Source of the DNA: Candidatus Fraserbacteria bacterium
GTDB lineage: Bacteria; Bipolaricaulota; Bipolaricaulia; RBG-16-55-9
Assembly: GCA_037443265.1 (NCBI GenBank)
Contig: JBBIOR010000003.1
Location: forward strand, 30,019 to 94,018
Direction of reading: 5' to 3'
Length of the DNA: 64,000 nt
Below are positions 49,475 to 58,673 of the stretch, piece after piece (within the stretch, counting starts at the first letter, position 1; every line of letters starts with the position of its first letter). A program made the position numbers and the translations under genes. The notes beneath the pieces were generated by a model that ran no database searches, was not told where the DNA came from, and was given only the letters and a program-made list of their open reading frames with translations.

Positions 49475-49960
49475 ATGGAGGACCTGGAAGAGATCATCTT
49501 GACCAAAGAGGGGTACGAGCTCAAGAAGAAGGAGCTCGAGGAGTACCGTCGTATTCTCCATGAGGAGATCCCCAAGCGGCTGAAGGTCGCCAAGGAGCAC
49601 GGGGGTGAGCTTAGGGAGAACAAAGAATTTCTTGACATCCAGGCCGAGAAAGAGTTCTACGAGGCGGAGGTCCGCCGGCTGGAAGAGCTGTTAGATCGAG
49701 CTAAGATCGTCGATGAGGCCGCCATCAGCACGAAGACCGTAGGCATCGGCACCCGCGTCATCCTCAAAGACCTCAAGAAGAACGAGCAGGTGACCTTCCA
49801 TCTGGTGAGCCAGGCCGAGGTGGATCTGGAGGCCAACAAGATCTCTGTGGCCTCGCCTCTGGGGAAGCTCTTGGTGGGGCATAAGAGAGGCGAAGTGATC
49901 GAGATGGAGACCCCTGCCGGCAGAGTGCGCTACAAGATCGTCGGCATCCAGAGGGGATAA
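49475..49960 (+). CDS. greA: Transcription elongation factor GreA
   Basis: LTKEGY, GELRENKEF, ISVASPLG. Promoter TTGCAC-17-TATACT upstream. Confidence 0.9.
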   Translation: MEDLEEIILTKEGYELKKKELEEYRRILHEEIPKRLKVAKEHGGELRENKEFLDIQAEKEFYEAEVRRLEELLDRAKIVDEAAISTKTVGIGTRVILKDLKKNEQVTFHLVSQAEVDLEANKISVASPLGKLLVGHKRGEVIEMETPAGRVRYKIVGIQRG

Positions 49961-51421
49961 ATGTCCGAGAGGCTGCGAGGGGAGCGCTTAAGAAAACGGG
50001 CGGAGCTAAAAGCCCGCGGGATTGATCCCTATCCCCCCAAGTACGCGCGCACCCACCAGGCCGCGCAGCTTCATCAGCAATTCCAAGCTCTGGCAGCCGG
50101 AGCAGAGACTCAGACGCGCGTTCGCGTGGCCGGACGGATTGTGGCTCGCCGAGTCATGGGCGGCGCTGCTTTTTATGATCTGCGTGACCAGAGCGACCGC
50201 CTCCAGCTCCACGCAACCCGAGATCTTTTGGGATCTAAATATAAAATCTTCACAGATCTGGAGATTGGAGATCTTCTAGGCGTCTCGGGAAGGATCTTCC
50301 GCACCAAGCGCGGCGAACTCTCCGTCCATGTCGAGGATTTTCAGATTTTGGCGAAAGCGCTGCGCTCTCTGCCTGAGAAATGGCATGGCCTAGTAGATCT
50401 CGAAACCCGCTATCGCCAGCGGTATCTCGATCTCATCGCCAATGAAGAGTCCCGTCAGACGTTTCTCACCCGCACGAAACTCATCACGGCCATGAGAAGA
50501 TTTTTAGATGAGCAAGGCTTTCTGGAAGTGGAGACACCCATCTTGCAGCCGCTGTACGGCGGGGCCTTCGCCCGGCCTTTTACGACCTTCCACAACGAGC
50601 TCAAGAGGACTTTCTATTTGAGGATCTCCAATGAGCTCTATTTGAAGAGACTCATCATTGGCGGCTTCGAGAAGGTCTACGAGATCGGCAGAGACTTTCG
50701 CAATGAAGGGGTCTCCTCCCAACACAATCCGGAATTCACCATGATGGAGTGCTATCAAGCCTATGCAGACTACAACGACATGATGGCCCTGACCGAACAG
50801 CTGATTCTCTTCATCGCAGGGGAGCTGGAGAAGACCCAGCTCGTCTATCAGGGCCATGAGATCGACCTGACTCCCCCCTGGCCCAGGATGACGCTTCGTG
50901 AGGCCATCCAGCAACACACCGGCATTGACATCGGAGAGCACCCAACACTTGAGGGCTTAAGAAGAGTCATCGCCCAGAAGAAGCTTCATGTGGATGAAAA
51001 ACCCACCTGGGGCCAGCTCGTGGATGAGCTTTTGAGTGAGTACGTCGAGCCCAAGCTCATCCACCCCACGTTTGTGATCGACTATCCCGTGGAGATCTCC
51101 CCTCTGGCCAAGAGGAAGTCAGATCAGCTGGTCGAGCGCTTCGAGGTCTTCATCGGGGGCCTGGAGTTGGGCAACGCCTTCTCGGAGCTCAATGACCCCA
51201 TCGAACAGCGTGAGCGCTTCTTGCAGCAAGAAGAGCGACGCCGCAAGGGAGACGAAGAAGCCCAAGTCCTCGATGAAGATTTCTTGATGGCGATGGAGTA
51301 CGGCATGCCGCCCACCGGTGGGCTGGGCATCGGCATCGACAGACTCACCATGCTCTTTACAGACTCGGCCTCCATTCGCGATGTGATTCTGTTCCCAGCG
51401 CTTCGGCCGAGACCTGATTGA
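49961..51421 (+). CDS. lysS: Lysyl-tRNA synthetase class II
   Basis: RYRQRYLDL, FRNEG, HNPEFT, GMPPTGGLGIGIDR. Confidence 0.97.
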   Translation: MSERLRGERLRKRAELKARGIDPYPPKYARTHQAAQLHQQFQALAAGAETQTRVRVAGRIVARRVMGGAAFYDLRDQSDRLQLHATRDLLGSKYKIFTDLEIGDLLGVSGRIFRTKRGELSVHVEDFQILAKALRSLPEKWHGLVDLETRYRQRYLDLIANEESRQTFLTRTKLITAMRRFLDEQGFLEVETPILQPLYGGAFARPFTTFHNELKRTFYLRISNELYLKRLIIGGFEKVYEIGRDFRNEGVSSQHNPEFTMMECYQAYADYNDMMALTEQLILFIAGELEKTQLVYQGHEIDLTPPWPRMTLREAIQQHTGIDIGEHPTLEGLRRVIAQKKLHVDEKPTWGQLVDELLSEYVEPKLIHPTFVIDYPVEISPLAKRKSDQLVERFEVFIGGLELGNAFSELNDPIEQRERFLQQEERRRKGDEEAQVLDEDFLMAMEYGMPPTGGLGIGIDRLTMLFTDSASIRDVILFPALRPRPD

Positions 51422-51445
51422 GAGATGAGATGAAAGGAGCACTCC

Positions 51446-52609
51446 ATGAGCAAACGGGATGTCGCCGTCATCGGGGTTGGCTATACGAGCTTCAACAGTC
51501 TCACGCCCGAAGTCAATTGGAAGGAGCTGATGTTCGAAGCAGCTCAAAAAGCCTATCAAGACGCGGGCATAGATCCGCGTAAAGACGTAGATAGCTTCAT
51601 CACCTGTGCCGAAGATTTCTGGGAGGGCTTTTCGATCTTCGATGAATTTACGCCCGATCAATTGGGTGCGGTGCTCCGGCCTATGCACACGGTGACGGGC
51701 GATGGGCTCTTGGGCCTGGCTAACGCGTATATGCAAATCAAGACTGGGCTCTTTGACATCGTCGTGGTCGAGGCCCACAGCAAGATCTCAGAGCTTCTCA
51801 CCTACGAGGACGTCGTGCAGCTGGCTTTTGATCCCATCTATGAGGCGCCGCTATCGGGCGATGTTCATCCCTATTATGTAGCGGGCCTGGAGATGCGGGC
51901 ATATCTCGAAGCCACAGGCACCACAGAAGAGCAGTGCGCCGCGGTCGTCGTGCAGCACAAGAGAGCTGCGTTCTTCAACCCCGTGGCTGAATTTGAGGCC
52001 CAGCTGGAGATAGATGACGTCATGGGCTCAGGCTACGCTTTTGATCCCTTAAAGAGATTGGAGATCGCGCCGCGGGCGGACGGCTCGATCGTCTTCGTGC
52101 TGGCGGGGGGCGAGATCGCCCGACGCTTGAGGGGCTGCCCCGTCTATCTCGAAGGGATTGGTTGGTCCTCAGAGTCTCCGTGGATCGCCGCGCGCAGCCC
52201 CTATGCCGAGTATGCCCAGAGGGCGGCTCAGAGGGCCTACGAGATGGCCGGCATCCAAAACCCCAGAAGAGAGATAGACCTCGCGGAGGTCGATGATCAA
52301 TTCGCGTTTAAAGCTCTTCAACATCTGGAAGCTTTGGGACTGGCGCGTCCCGGCGAGGCCGGGCCCCGGATGAGGGAAGGGGCTTTCGGTCCCGAGGGCG
52401 AGATGGCTGTGAACAGAAGCGGGGGCTCCTTGGGCTGCGGGCATTTGCTGGAGGCCTCGGGGCTGGCGCGGGCCCTGGAGATCGTCTTACAGCTACGGGG
52501 GGAGGCTGGAACCCGGCAGATCAAAGACGCCCGGGTGGGCGTGGCCCAATCCTGGCGGGGCGTGCCCCACGGGACGGGAGCCGTGGCCGTCTTCTCACGG
52601 AGGGATTGA
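51446..52609 (+). CDS. Thiolase-fold protein lacking the catalytic Cys (Ltp4-like)
   Basis: SCP2-thiolase-like fold (VAVIGVG, NRSGGSLGCGH). HTVTGDG occupies the position of the Cys motif. Confidence 0.8.
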   Translation: MSKRDVAVIGVGYTSFNSLTPEVNWKELMFEAAQKAYQDAGIDPRKDVDSFITCAEDFWEGFSIFDEFTPDQLGAVLRPMHTVTGDGLLGLANAYMQIKTGLFDIVVVEAHSKISELLTYEDVVQLAFDPIYEAPLSGDVHPYYVAGLEMRAYLEATGTTEEQCAAVVVQHKRAAFFNPVAEFEAQLEIDDVMGSGYAFDPLKRLEIAPRADGSIVFVLAGGEIARRLRGCPVYLEGIGWSSESPWIAARSPYAEYAQRAAQRAYEMAGIQNPRREIDLAEVDDQFAFKALQHLEALGLARPGEAGPRMREGAFGPEGEMAVNRSGGSLGCGHLLEASGLARALEIVLQLRGEAGTRQIKDARVGVAQSWRGVPHGTGAVAVFSRRD

Positions 52610-52611
52610 CC

Positions 52612-53796
52612 ATGGATCTGAGCAAGAGACGCAAAGATGTGGCCATTGTGGGCGCGGGGATGACGCTTTTTTCTCGGCGCCTTCTGGAGACGGGCAAGGA
52701 GATGAGCTTTGAAGCAGCCAAGATGGCCCTCGATCAGGCCGGCCTGTCGCTGCATGACATCGACGCGGTGATTGTGGGCTCGGCCCCGGATGCCTTCGAC
52801 GGAGTTCACAAGAAGGGCGAGTGGCTGCTCGACGGCGCAGGCGGAGTGCACAAGCCCTATATGAGGGTCTTCACAGGAGGAGGCACGGCGGTGTTTGCGC
52901 CCATCGCGGGCTGGTGGCACGTGGCCTCCGGCCTGTTTGAGAGGGTGCTCGTCATCTGCGAAGAGAAGATGAGCAGCTGTCAGCCGCACGCCCAGAGTGC
53001 CTTCGCCCACATCTGGGATCCCATTTTGGACAGGCCCCTTAAGCCCAATCTCGTCTGGATCTTTTCCATGGAGATGCAGCGCTACATGCACAAATACAAC
53101 GTGCGCTATGAGGACATCGCACTGGTGGCCGTCAAGAACAAGAGGAACGCCGTGGGGCACCCGTGCGCTCAGCTGGCCGATCCGGACATCACGCTCGAGG
53201 ATGTGCTCAATTCGGAGCCCATGGCGCTGCCCGTGCGTCGTCTAGATATTAGCCCACCCTCGGATGGGGCTTCCGCCGTCGTGCTGGTGAGTGAAGATGT
53301 GGCCTATGATCTGGTCGATGAGCCCGTCTGGATCGCGGGCGTGGGCTGGTGCATCGATTCCACTATGTGGACGAATCGCGATCTGGCCTTCCCCAAATTT
53401 GTGGCCAAAGCCGCGAAGATGGCCTACGAGATGGCCGGCATTAAAAACCCCAAAGAAGAGATAGACCTCGCGGAGCCCTACGATCCCTTTGATTATAAAG
53501 AGCTGCAGCACCTGGAGGCCTTAGGCTTAGCGGAGCCTGGGGAGGCCGCGATCCTGACCCGCGAGGGCAAAACTCAGCGCGATGGGGAGTTGCCCGTCTG
53601 TCCCAGCGGGGGGCTCTTGGGGGTGGGCAATCCCATTGCGGCCACGCTCGGCATCAAAGTCGGAGAGCTCTTCTGGCAGCTATCGGGTCAGGCCGGGCCG
53701 CGCCAAGTGCCGGGTGACCCGGCCGTGGGCGTGGCACAGGCGTGGGGAGACTTGATGCAATTCAGCAGCGTGATCGTGCTAAGGAGGCATTCGTAA
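52612..53796 (+). CDS. Thiolase-fold protein lacking the catalytic Cys (Ltp3-like)
   Basis: IDAVIVGSAPDAFDG, KPYMRVFTGGGT, PSGGLLGVGNPI. Confidence 0.82.
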   Translation: MDLSKRRKDVAIVGAGMTLFSRRLLETGKEMSFEAAKMALDQAGLSLHDIDAVIVGSAPDAFDGVHKKGEWLLDGAGGVHKPYMRVFTGGGTAVFAPIAGWWHVASGLFERVLVICEEKMSSCQPHAQSAFAHIWDPILDRPLKPNLVWIFSMEMQRYMHKYNVRYEDIALVAVKNKRNAVGHPCAQLADPDITLEDVLNSEPMALPVRRLDISPPSDGASAVVLVSEDVAYDLVDEPVWIAGVGWCIDSTMWTNRDLAFPKFVAKAAKMAYEMAGIKNPKEEIDLAEPYDPFDYKELQHLEALGLAEPGEAAILTREGKTQRDGELPVCPSGGLLGVGNPIAATLGIKVGELFWQLSGQAGPRQVPGDPAVGVAQAWGDLMQFSSVIVLRRHS

Positions 53797-54297
53797 ATGA
53801 TTGAAAAACCCAGGGGCAGGCCGCTTACGGCCGAGCAGATGAAGCAGGTCCCGCACGTGATTGCCCGGCCCAAGGCCCAATACGCCTGGGCAGCTGGCGT
53901 GGCGATGAGTCATTTTTTAGAAGGGCTCAAGCAGGGGAAGATCCTCGGGCGCGGGTGTAAAAGATGCCGCAGGGTGCTCGTGCCCCCCAGGATGTTCTGC
54001 GAGAGGTGCTTCAGAAGCACGGACGGGTGGGTGGAGCTTCCCGGCACTGGGGTCATCGAGACCTTCTCGATTTCATATATAGACACGGATGCCAATCGCA
54101 TCCAGGATCCCATCTTCGTGGGTGTGCTGGCCTTTGATGGCGCACCGCCCCACTGCGGGATCATGCACTATTTTGGAGAAGTGACGGCCGATGAGATTCA
54201 CATCGGGATGCCGGTCGAGCCCGTCTGGAAGCCGGAGGGCGAGCGGGTGGGTGCGATCACAGACATAAAATACTTCCGTCCGCGGCGGGATGCCTAG
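53797..54297 (+). CDS. DUF35 zinc-ribbon/OB-fold protein
   Basis: CKRC...PPRMFCERC followed by an OB fold. Confidence 0.9.
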   Translation: MIEKPRGRPLTAEQMKQVPHVIARPKAQYAWAAGVAMSHFLEGLKQGKILGRGCKRCRRVLVPPRMFCERCFRSTDGWVELPGTGVIETFSISYIDTDANRIQDPIFVGVLAFDGAPPHCGIMHYFGEVTADEIHIGMPVEPVWKPEGERVGAITDIKYFRPRRDA

Positions 54298-54322
54298 CGC
54301 GCCGCAAGCGAGGGTGATCTGC

Positions 54323-54808
54323 ATGACATTCACCGAGAAGCTCCAAAAGACGACGGAGCCCAAGCACTGGCTGGGCGACATGGAGGTCGATCATTTCTGC
54401 TACACGGCGGGGTTGGCGGGCGAGAGATTTTTTATGGCGCTGCGCGATCAGGGAATGATCCTTGGAGCCCGCTGTGCATCCTGCCAGATCACGTATGTGC
54501 CACCACGGGTCTATTGTGAAAGATGCTTCGCCGAGCTGGGTGAGGATTCTCTTGTGGATGTCGGACTGCGCGGAAGAGTCAAGAGCTTTACGGTGGCGCG
54601 GCTTTCTAAGGCCGGACACCCGCTGAAAGAGCCTCAGATTTTCGCCATCATCGAGCTTGGGAAGGGGACGGGCTTCTTGCACAAGCTGGGGGGTCTCTCC
54701 CCTGAAGATGTGAGAGTGGGCTTGGAAGTCGAAGCGGTGTTTCTACCCAAAGGCCAGCGCCAGGGCCGCATCACGGACATCGAGCACTTTCGACCGGTAG
54801 CCCGCTAA
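54323..54808 (+). CDS. DUF35 zinc-ribbon/OB-fold protein
   Basis: CASC...PPRVYCERC followed by an OB fold. Confidence 0.9.
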   Translation: MTFTEKLQKTTEPKHWLGDMEVDHFCYTAGLAGERFFMALRDQGMILGARCASCQITYVPPRVYCERCFAELGEDSLVDVGLRGRVKSFTVARLSKAGHPLKEPQIFAIIELGKGTGFLHKLGGLSPEDVRVGLEVEAVFLPKGQRQGRITDIEHFRPVAR

Positions 54809-54969
54809 GGCTTGTTGAAAAGCTTAAGCGATTGTCAGCCCAGTCTCCCTTTCAGTTACAATGGGAGATTATGGACACGACCGTCTGCGAGCTTACAGAA
54901 CTTCTGCCGTGCTCCGGGGTAGAATGGCAGCTCGTGGGCGAGACTGTGAGATCGGCCAAAGGAGGAGCC

Positions 54970-57561
54970 ATGAATAGCATAGGAGGTCGGAGGATCGGGA
55001 TCTTTGGGGTCAGCCTGCTAGTGCTCCTTGGGGTGTGGGCGGGGGCAGAGGCAGAGGCACAACCCGGCTCCGGGACCGGGGTCAGAACCTTGCAAGAGCT
55101 CATGCCGAAGGGCCCTCTGTCGCCCCAGGAGTTCCCTCATGCTCAGATGGTGGATCGGCTGCTGGCCCTCAAGGCCGGTGGGGATCGAGTCCGAGTCATC
55201 ATTGAGATGTCCCCGCAGGCAGACGGCCTTAAGCTTCTCGAGCAGCTGCAGGGTCTTGGGGCAGAGGTGGAGCTCACCTATGAGAGCTGGATTCAGGCCT
55301 TCATCCCCACCCAGGAACTTCTGACTCTGCGCCAGATGCCGGGAGTCGAGTACGTCCGGCTGCCGGTATCTCCGATGATGGATCAAGGCCCCATCGTCAG
55401 TGAAGGCGCTCTGGTCGTGGGTACCCCCTCCTGGCAGCAGGCGGGCTGGACCGGCCGAGGGGTCAAAGTGGGGCTCATAGATCCCGGTGGGTTCCGAGAC
55501 TATGAGCGCCTCTTAGGCCGGGAGCTTCCGCCGCGCGAGCGAGTGGTGGCGCGCTCCTTCAGAAGCGATGGGCTGATGTACAACCCCGATATCTCCCGTA
55601 GTGGGCAAGTCCACGGCACGGCGACGGCCGAGATCGTCCATGACATTGCCCCGGAAGCCCAGCTCTATCTTGTGATGTTCAGCACGGATCTTGAGTTTCG
55701 TCGCGCCATCGATTGGCTGATCGCGGAGAGGGTCGATGTGATCAACACGTCTTTGGGCATCTTCTCAGGCTGTTTCAGAAGCGACGGTGGGATGTTCGAA
55801 CCCCAATTCAAAAAGGCCCGACAGAGTGGGGTCACCTGGGTGACGGCTTCCGGCAACGAGGCGGACGTCCACTGGCAAGGGGACTGGTCCGATCCCGAAG
55901 GGAACAACCTGCTCAATTTTAGTGGCAGCGACGAGGGCAACACGCTGGATGTGCGCCTGGTTGAATTTCAATATCCCGATGGCCGACGCGTGGCAACTTC
56001 GATCGTCGATGTGCTGTTCGCTTGGGATGCGCCCTGCACCGGGGCCTCCGATGATTATGAGGTGATCGTGCTGCGCGAGGACGGAAAGCCCCTGGCCCCC
56101 TGGAGCGGAGAGCAGGGCCAGATCAGCGATTGGGTCTGGAGGCCCGGAGTCCCCATCAAGGAGACTTTTGCCAGTGAGGACTTTGAGGTGAGCCGCGTGG
56201 GCGAGATCGTGAAGTATCATCTGGCGATCCGCAAGAAGCGCTCCAGTGCACCTGATGCCCGCTCCTCCATGCTCATCGGCTGCCCCTGCTCTAGGATCGA
56301 GTACCTCAAGCCTGAGGGGAGCGTCTTCATCACCGAGCCGTCCATTTCGCCCAATGTGATTACCGTAGGAGCCGTCCATCATTCTGGGCGATGCTCCCGC
56401 AGCCTGTGTCCCGATGGGAAGCTGCTCGTCTACTCTAGCCAAGGGCCCACGCGGGATGGTCGCATCAAGCCGGATCTCACGGCCCCCTCCCACGTCTCCA
56501 CCAGCAGCTATGGCCGCTGGACCGGTGATAGCTCAAGCCAGAACCCGGGCTTCACCGGGACCTCCGCGGCCGCCCCGCACGCAGCTGGAGCGGCCGCCCT
56601 CGTCAAGCAGGCCTTCCCCGAGTACACCCCGGAGCAGATCCAGCAGTTCCTTGAAAGAGGGGCGGAGGACCTGGGAGATGCTGGCAAAGACAATCGCTAC
56701 GGGGCGGGCATTCTCTTCCTGGGCCAGCCTCCCGCCCGTGCGCCCACGATCACGGGCATTTCCCCCTCCAGCGGGCGGCAGGGGAGCACCATCCAAGCCA
56801 CAATCTCCGGGACGAACCTGAGCGGAGCCACCAGCGTCAGCTTCAGCGGCGCAGGAGTTACAGCCGTCCTTGGCACAGGCGGCTCGAATACGGCGCTGCC
56901 GATCACCCTCACGATTGCGGCCGATGCCCCTCCCGGAGCGCGCACGTTTTCCGTGACGACCCCTGCGGGGGTGGCCGAGAGTGGCCGTGTGACTTTCACC
57001 GTGCTGGAAGCCCTGCGCCTCGAGGTCGAGCCTCTCAGCTTAAAGTTTCAGGCCACAGTCGGAGAGGGCGATCCTCCTTCCCAGACGATGAGCCTCACCA
57101 GCTCAGGGGAGGGGACGCTCTCGTGGCGGGCAGAAGCCTCCGTCCCATGGATTCTTTTGAGTGCCTCAGAAGGGACAGCCCCTGCCGAGATCGAAGTCTC
57201 AGTCTCGCTGGCTGGGCTGTCTGCCGGGACGCATGAGGGCCGGATCACCCTCCAAGCCGAGGGGGCCATAAATAGCCCGCTGGTCGTGCCCGTGACCCTT
57301 GAGCTTTTAGCTACGCCGGGGGAGCTATTGGCTCTAAAGTTTAAGTGGCTAGAGTTTGTGGAGCCCGACGATTGGCAGCGGCAGCTGCGCGAAGGCTGTG
57401 TGGTCTACACGAACGTCAGTGGCGAGAAGAGTCTCGTGCGCGTGACGCTTGTGGATGAGGCCGTGCGCGCGTTTGAGATCCCGGCGGGCAATGAAGTCCT
57501 CGTCTGCGGGGACGTGGTGCATATCGATACCCGGACTCGTCCGCCGCAGCCTCAACAGTAA
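54970..57561 (+). CDS. Secreted multidomain S8 peptidase (prodomain, catalytic domain with insert, IPT/TIG-like, BACON-like, C-terminal domain)
   Basis: SD GGAGG, signal peptide, GLID, HGTA, ASGNE, KPDL, GTSAAAPH. Confidence 0.88.
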   Translation: MNSIGGRRIGIFGVSLLVLLGVWAGAEAEAQPGSGTGVRTLQELMPKGPLSPQEFPHAQMVDRLLALKAGGDRVRVIIEMSPQADGLKLLEQLQGLGAEVELTYESWIQAFIPTQELLTLRQMPGVEYVRLPVSPMMDQGPIVSEGALVVGTPSWQQAGWTGRGVKVGLIDPGGFRDYERLLGRELPPRERVVARSFRSDGLMYNPDISRSGQVHGTATAEIVHDIAPEAQLYLVMFSTDLEFRRAIDWLIAERVDVINTSLGIFSGCFRSDGGMFEPQFKKARQSGVTWVTASGNEADVHWQGDWSDPEGNNLLNFSGSDEGNTLDVRLVEFQYPDGRRVATSIVDVLFAWDAPCTGASDDYEVIVLREDGKPLAPWSGEQGQISDWVWRPGVPIKETFASEDFEVSRVGEIVKYHLAIRKKRSSAPDARSSMLIGCPCSRIEYLKPEGSVFITEPSISPNVITVGAVHHSGRCSRSLCPDGKLLVYSSQGPTRDGRIKPDLTAPSHVSTSSYGRWTGDSSSQNPGFTGTSAAAPHAAGAAALVKQAFPEYTPEQIQQFLERGAEDLGDAGKDNRYGAGILFLGQPPARAPTITGISPSSGRQGSTIQATISGTNLSGATSVSFSGAGVTAVLGTGGSNTALPITLTIAADAPPGARTFSVTTPAGVAESGRVTFTVLEALRLEVEPLSLKFQATVGEGDPPSQTMSLTSSGEGTLSWRAEASVPWILLSASEGTAPAEIEVSVSLAGLSAGTHEGRITLQAEGAINSPLVVPVTLELLATPGELLALKFKWLEFVEPDDWQRQLREGCVVYTNVSGEKSLVRVTLVDEAVRAFEIPAGNEVLVCGDVVHIDTRTRPPQPQQ

Positions 57562-57604
57562 CAGAACAGTAAGAGTAAGAGTGAGTAGGAGCTGGGGTGA
57601 GCGG

Positions 57605-58564
57605 ATGACCCGAGCGGCTCCGGCGCGCCCTCTGATAGAAGAGCTACTGCATGGTAACCCCAGAGCTCTCGCTCGCCTGATCAGCTGGATAGAAGACCGC
57701 GAGCCCGGTTGGGAAAGGATCATTGACGAGATCCATCCTCACACGGGTCGGGCGTATCGTCTGGGCATCACTGGGCCACCGGGGGCAGGCAAGAGCACTC
57801 TGGTCGATAGGCTCGTTCCACTCTTCCGTCAAGAGGGACGACGAGTTGGGATTCTGGCCTGTGATCCGACGAGTCCCTTCTCCGGGGGGGCCGTGTTGGG
57901 GGATCGCGTTCGCATGCACTCTCTGCGGGATGACGAGGGAGTCTTCATTCGAAGCTTAGCGACGCGGGGGAGCCTGGGGGGGCTCTCGGAGGTCGCCCAC
58001 GAGGCCGCCTGGTTATTAGAGGCGGCGGGCTACGAGCTCATTCTCTTGGAGACGATCGGCGTCGGCCAAGTCGAAGTAGATATTCTAGAGGCGGCCGACA
58101 CGATCGTCTTGGTCGTTGTGCCCCAATCGGGGGATGCCATTCAAGCCCTGAAGGCGGGGTTGATGGAGATTGCCGATGTCTTTGTGGTGAACAAAGCCGA
58201 TCAAGGGGAAGCGGATCTGGCCGTGCAGGCACTCCATCTGGCCCTGCGACCGGGGCCGGGGGGAGCGTCCGGTGTGTGGATTCCGCCCATCCTCAAGACC
58301 GTGGCCTCCCGGGGAGAGGGGCTCGATCTGCTGAAAGAGGCACTCGATCGTCATCGAGAGTTCTTGGGGGAGGAAGGGCTGAAAAAGCGCAGGCAGGCTC
58401 GACTGCAAGCGTTTATTCAGAGGGTCGTCGAGGAGGAACTGAAAAGAGAACTTTGGGATGAGCGCGGGCAAGCATGGCTAAATAAGCAAATTGAAGAGAT
58501 CTTTCAGGGGAAGAGTGGGCCGTTCCGCGCGGCGCAGGAGATTCGCCGGCGGCTGAGCACATAA
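57605..58564 (+). CDS. meaB: MeaB/ArgK-family GTPase (B12 mutase chaperone)
   Basis: GPPGAGKST, DPTSPFSGGAVLGDRVRM, ETIGVGQ, NKAD. Confidence 0.93.
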   Translation: MTRAAPARPLIEELLHGNPRALARLISWIEDREPGWERIIDEIHPHTGRAYRLGITGPPGAGKSTLVDRLVPLFRQEGRRVGILACDPTSPFSGGAVLGDRVRMHSLRDDEGVFIRSLATRGSLGGLSEVAHEAAWLLEAAGYELILLETIGVGQVEVDILEAADTIVLVVVPQSGDAIQALKAGLMEIADVFVVNKADQGEADLAVQALHLALRPGPGGASGVWIPPILKTVASRGEGLDLLKEALDRHREFLGEEGLKKRRQARLQAFIQRVVEEELKRELWDERGQAWLNKQIEEIFQGKSGPFRAAQEIRRRLST

Positions 58565-58640
58565 AAAAGCCGCGCGCGGTCTTGGGAGCGCTACGTGTCG
58601 ATGGATGAGGTCTTTCGTAGAGCTAGACCGCGGCGCGGCC
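58563..58640 (-). terminator. Long hairpin with a minus-strand U-tract between convergent meaB and thiI
   Basis: GCCGCGC-GCGGTCT ... AGACCGC-G-GCGCGGC stem next to an A6 run. Confidence 0.55.
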
Positions 58641-58673
58641 GACTCTACTTACCCGCAAAAGAGGCCCCTCGTT

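Noticed and set aside
57558..57590. Short tandem repeat GTAAGA-GTAAGA-GTGAG
   Set aside because: Only 2-3 degenerate units in a spacer; no evidence of function.
58590..58620. Hammerhead ribozyme (GATGAG...TTTCG)
   Set aside because: The CUGANGA and GAAA core elements are not on the same strand in the required order.
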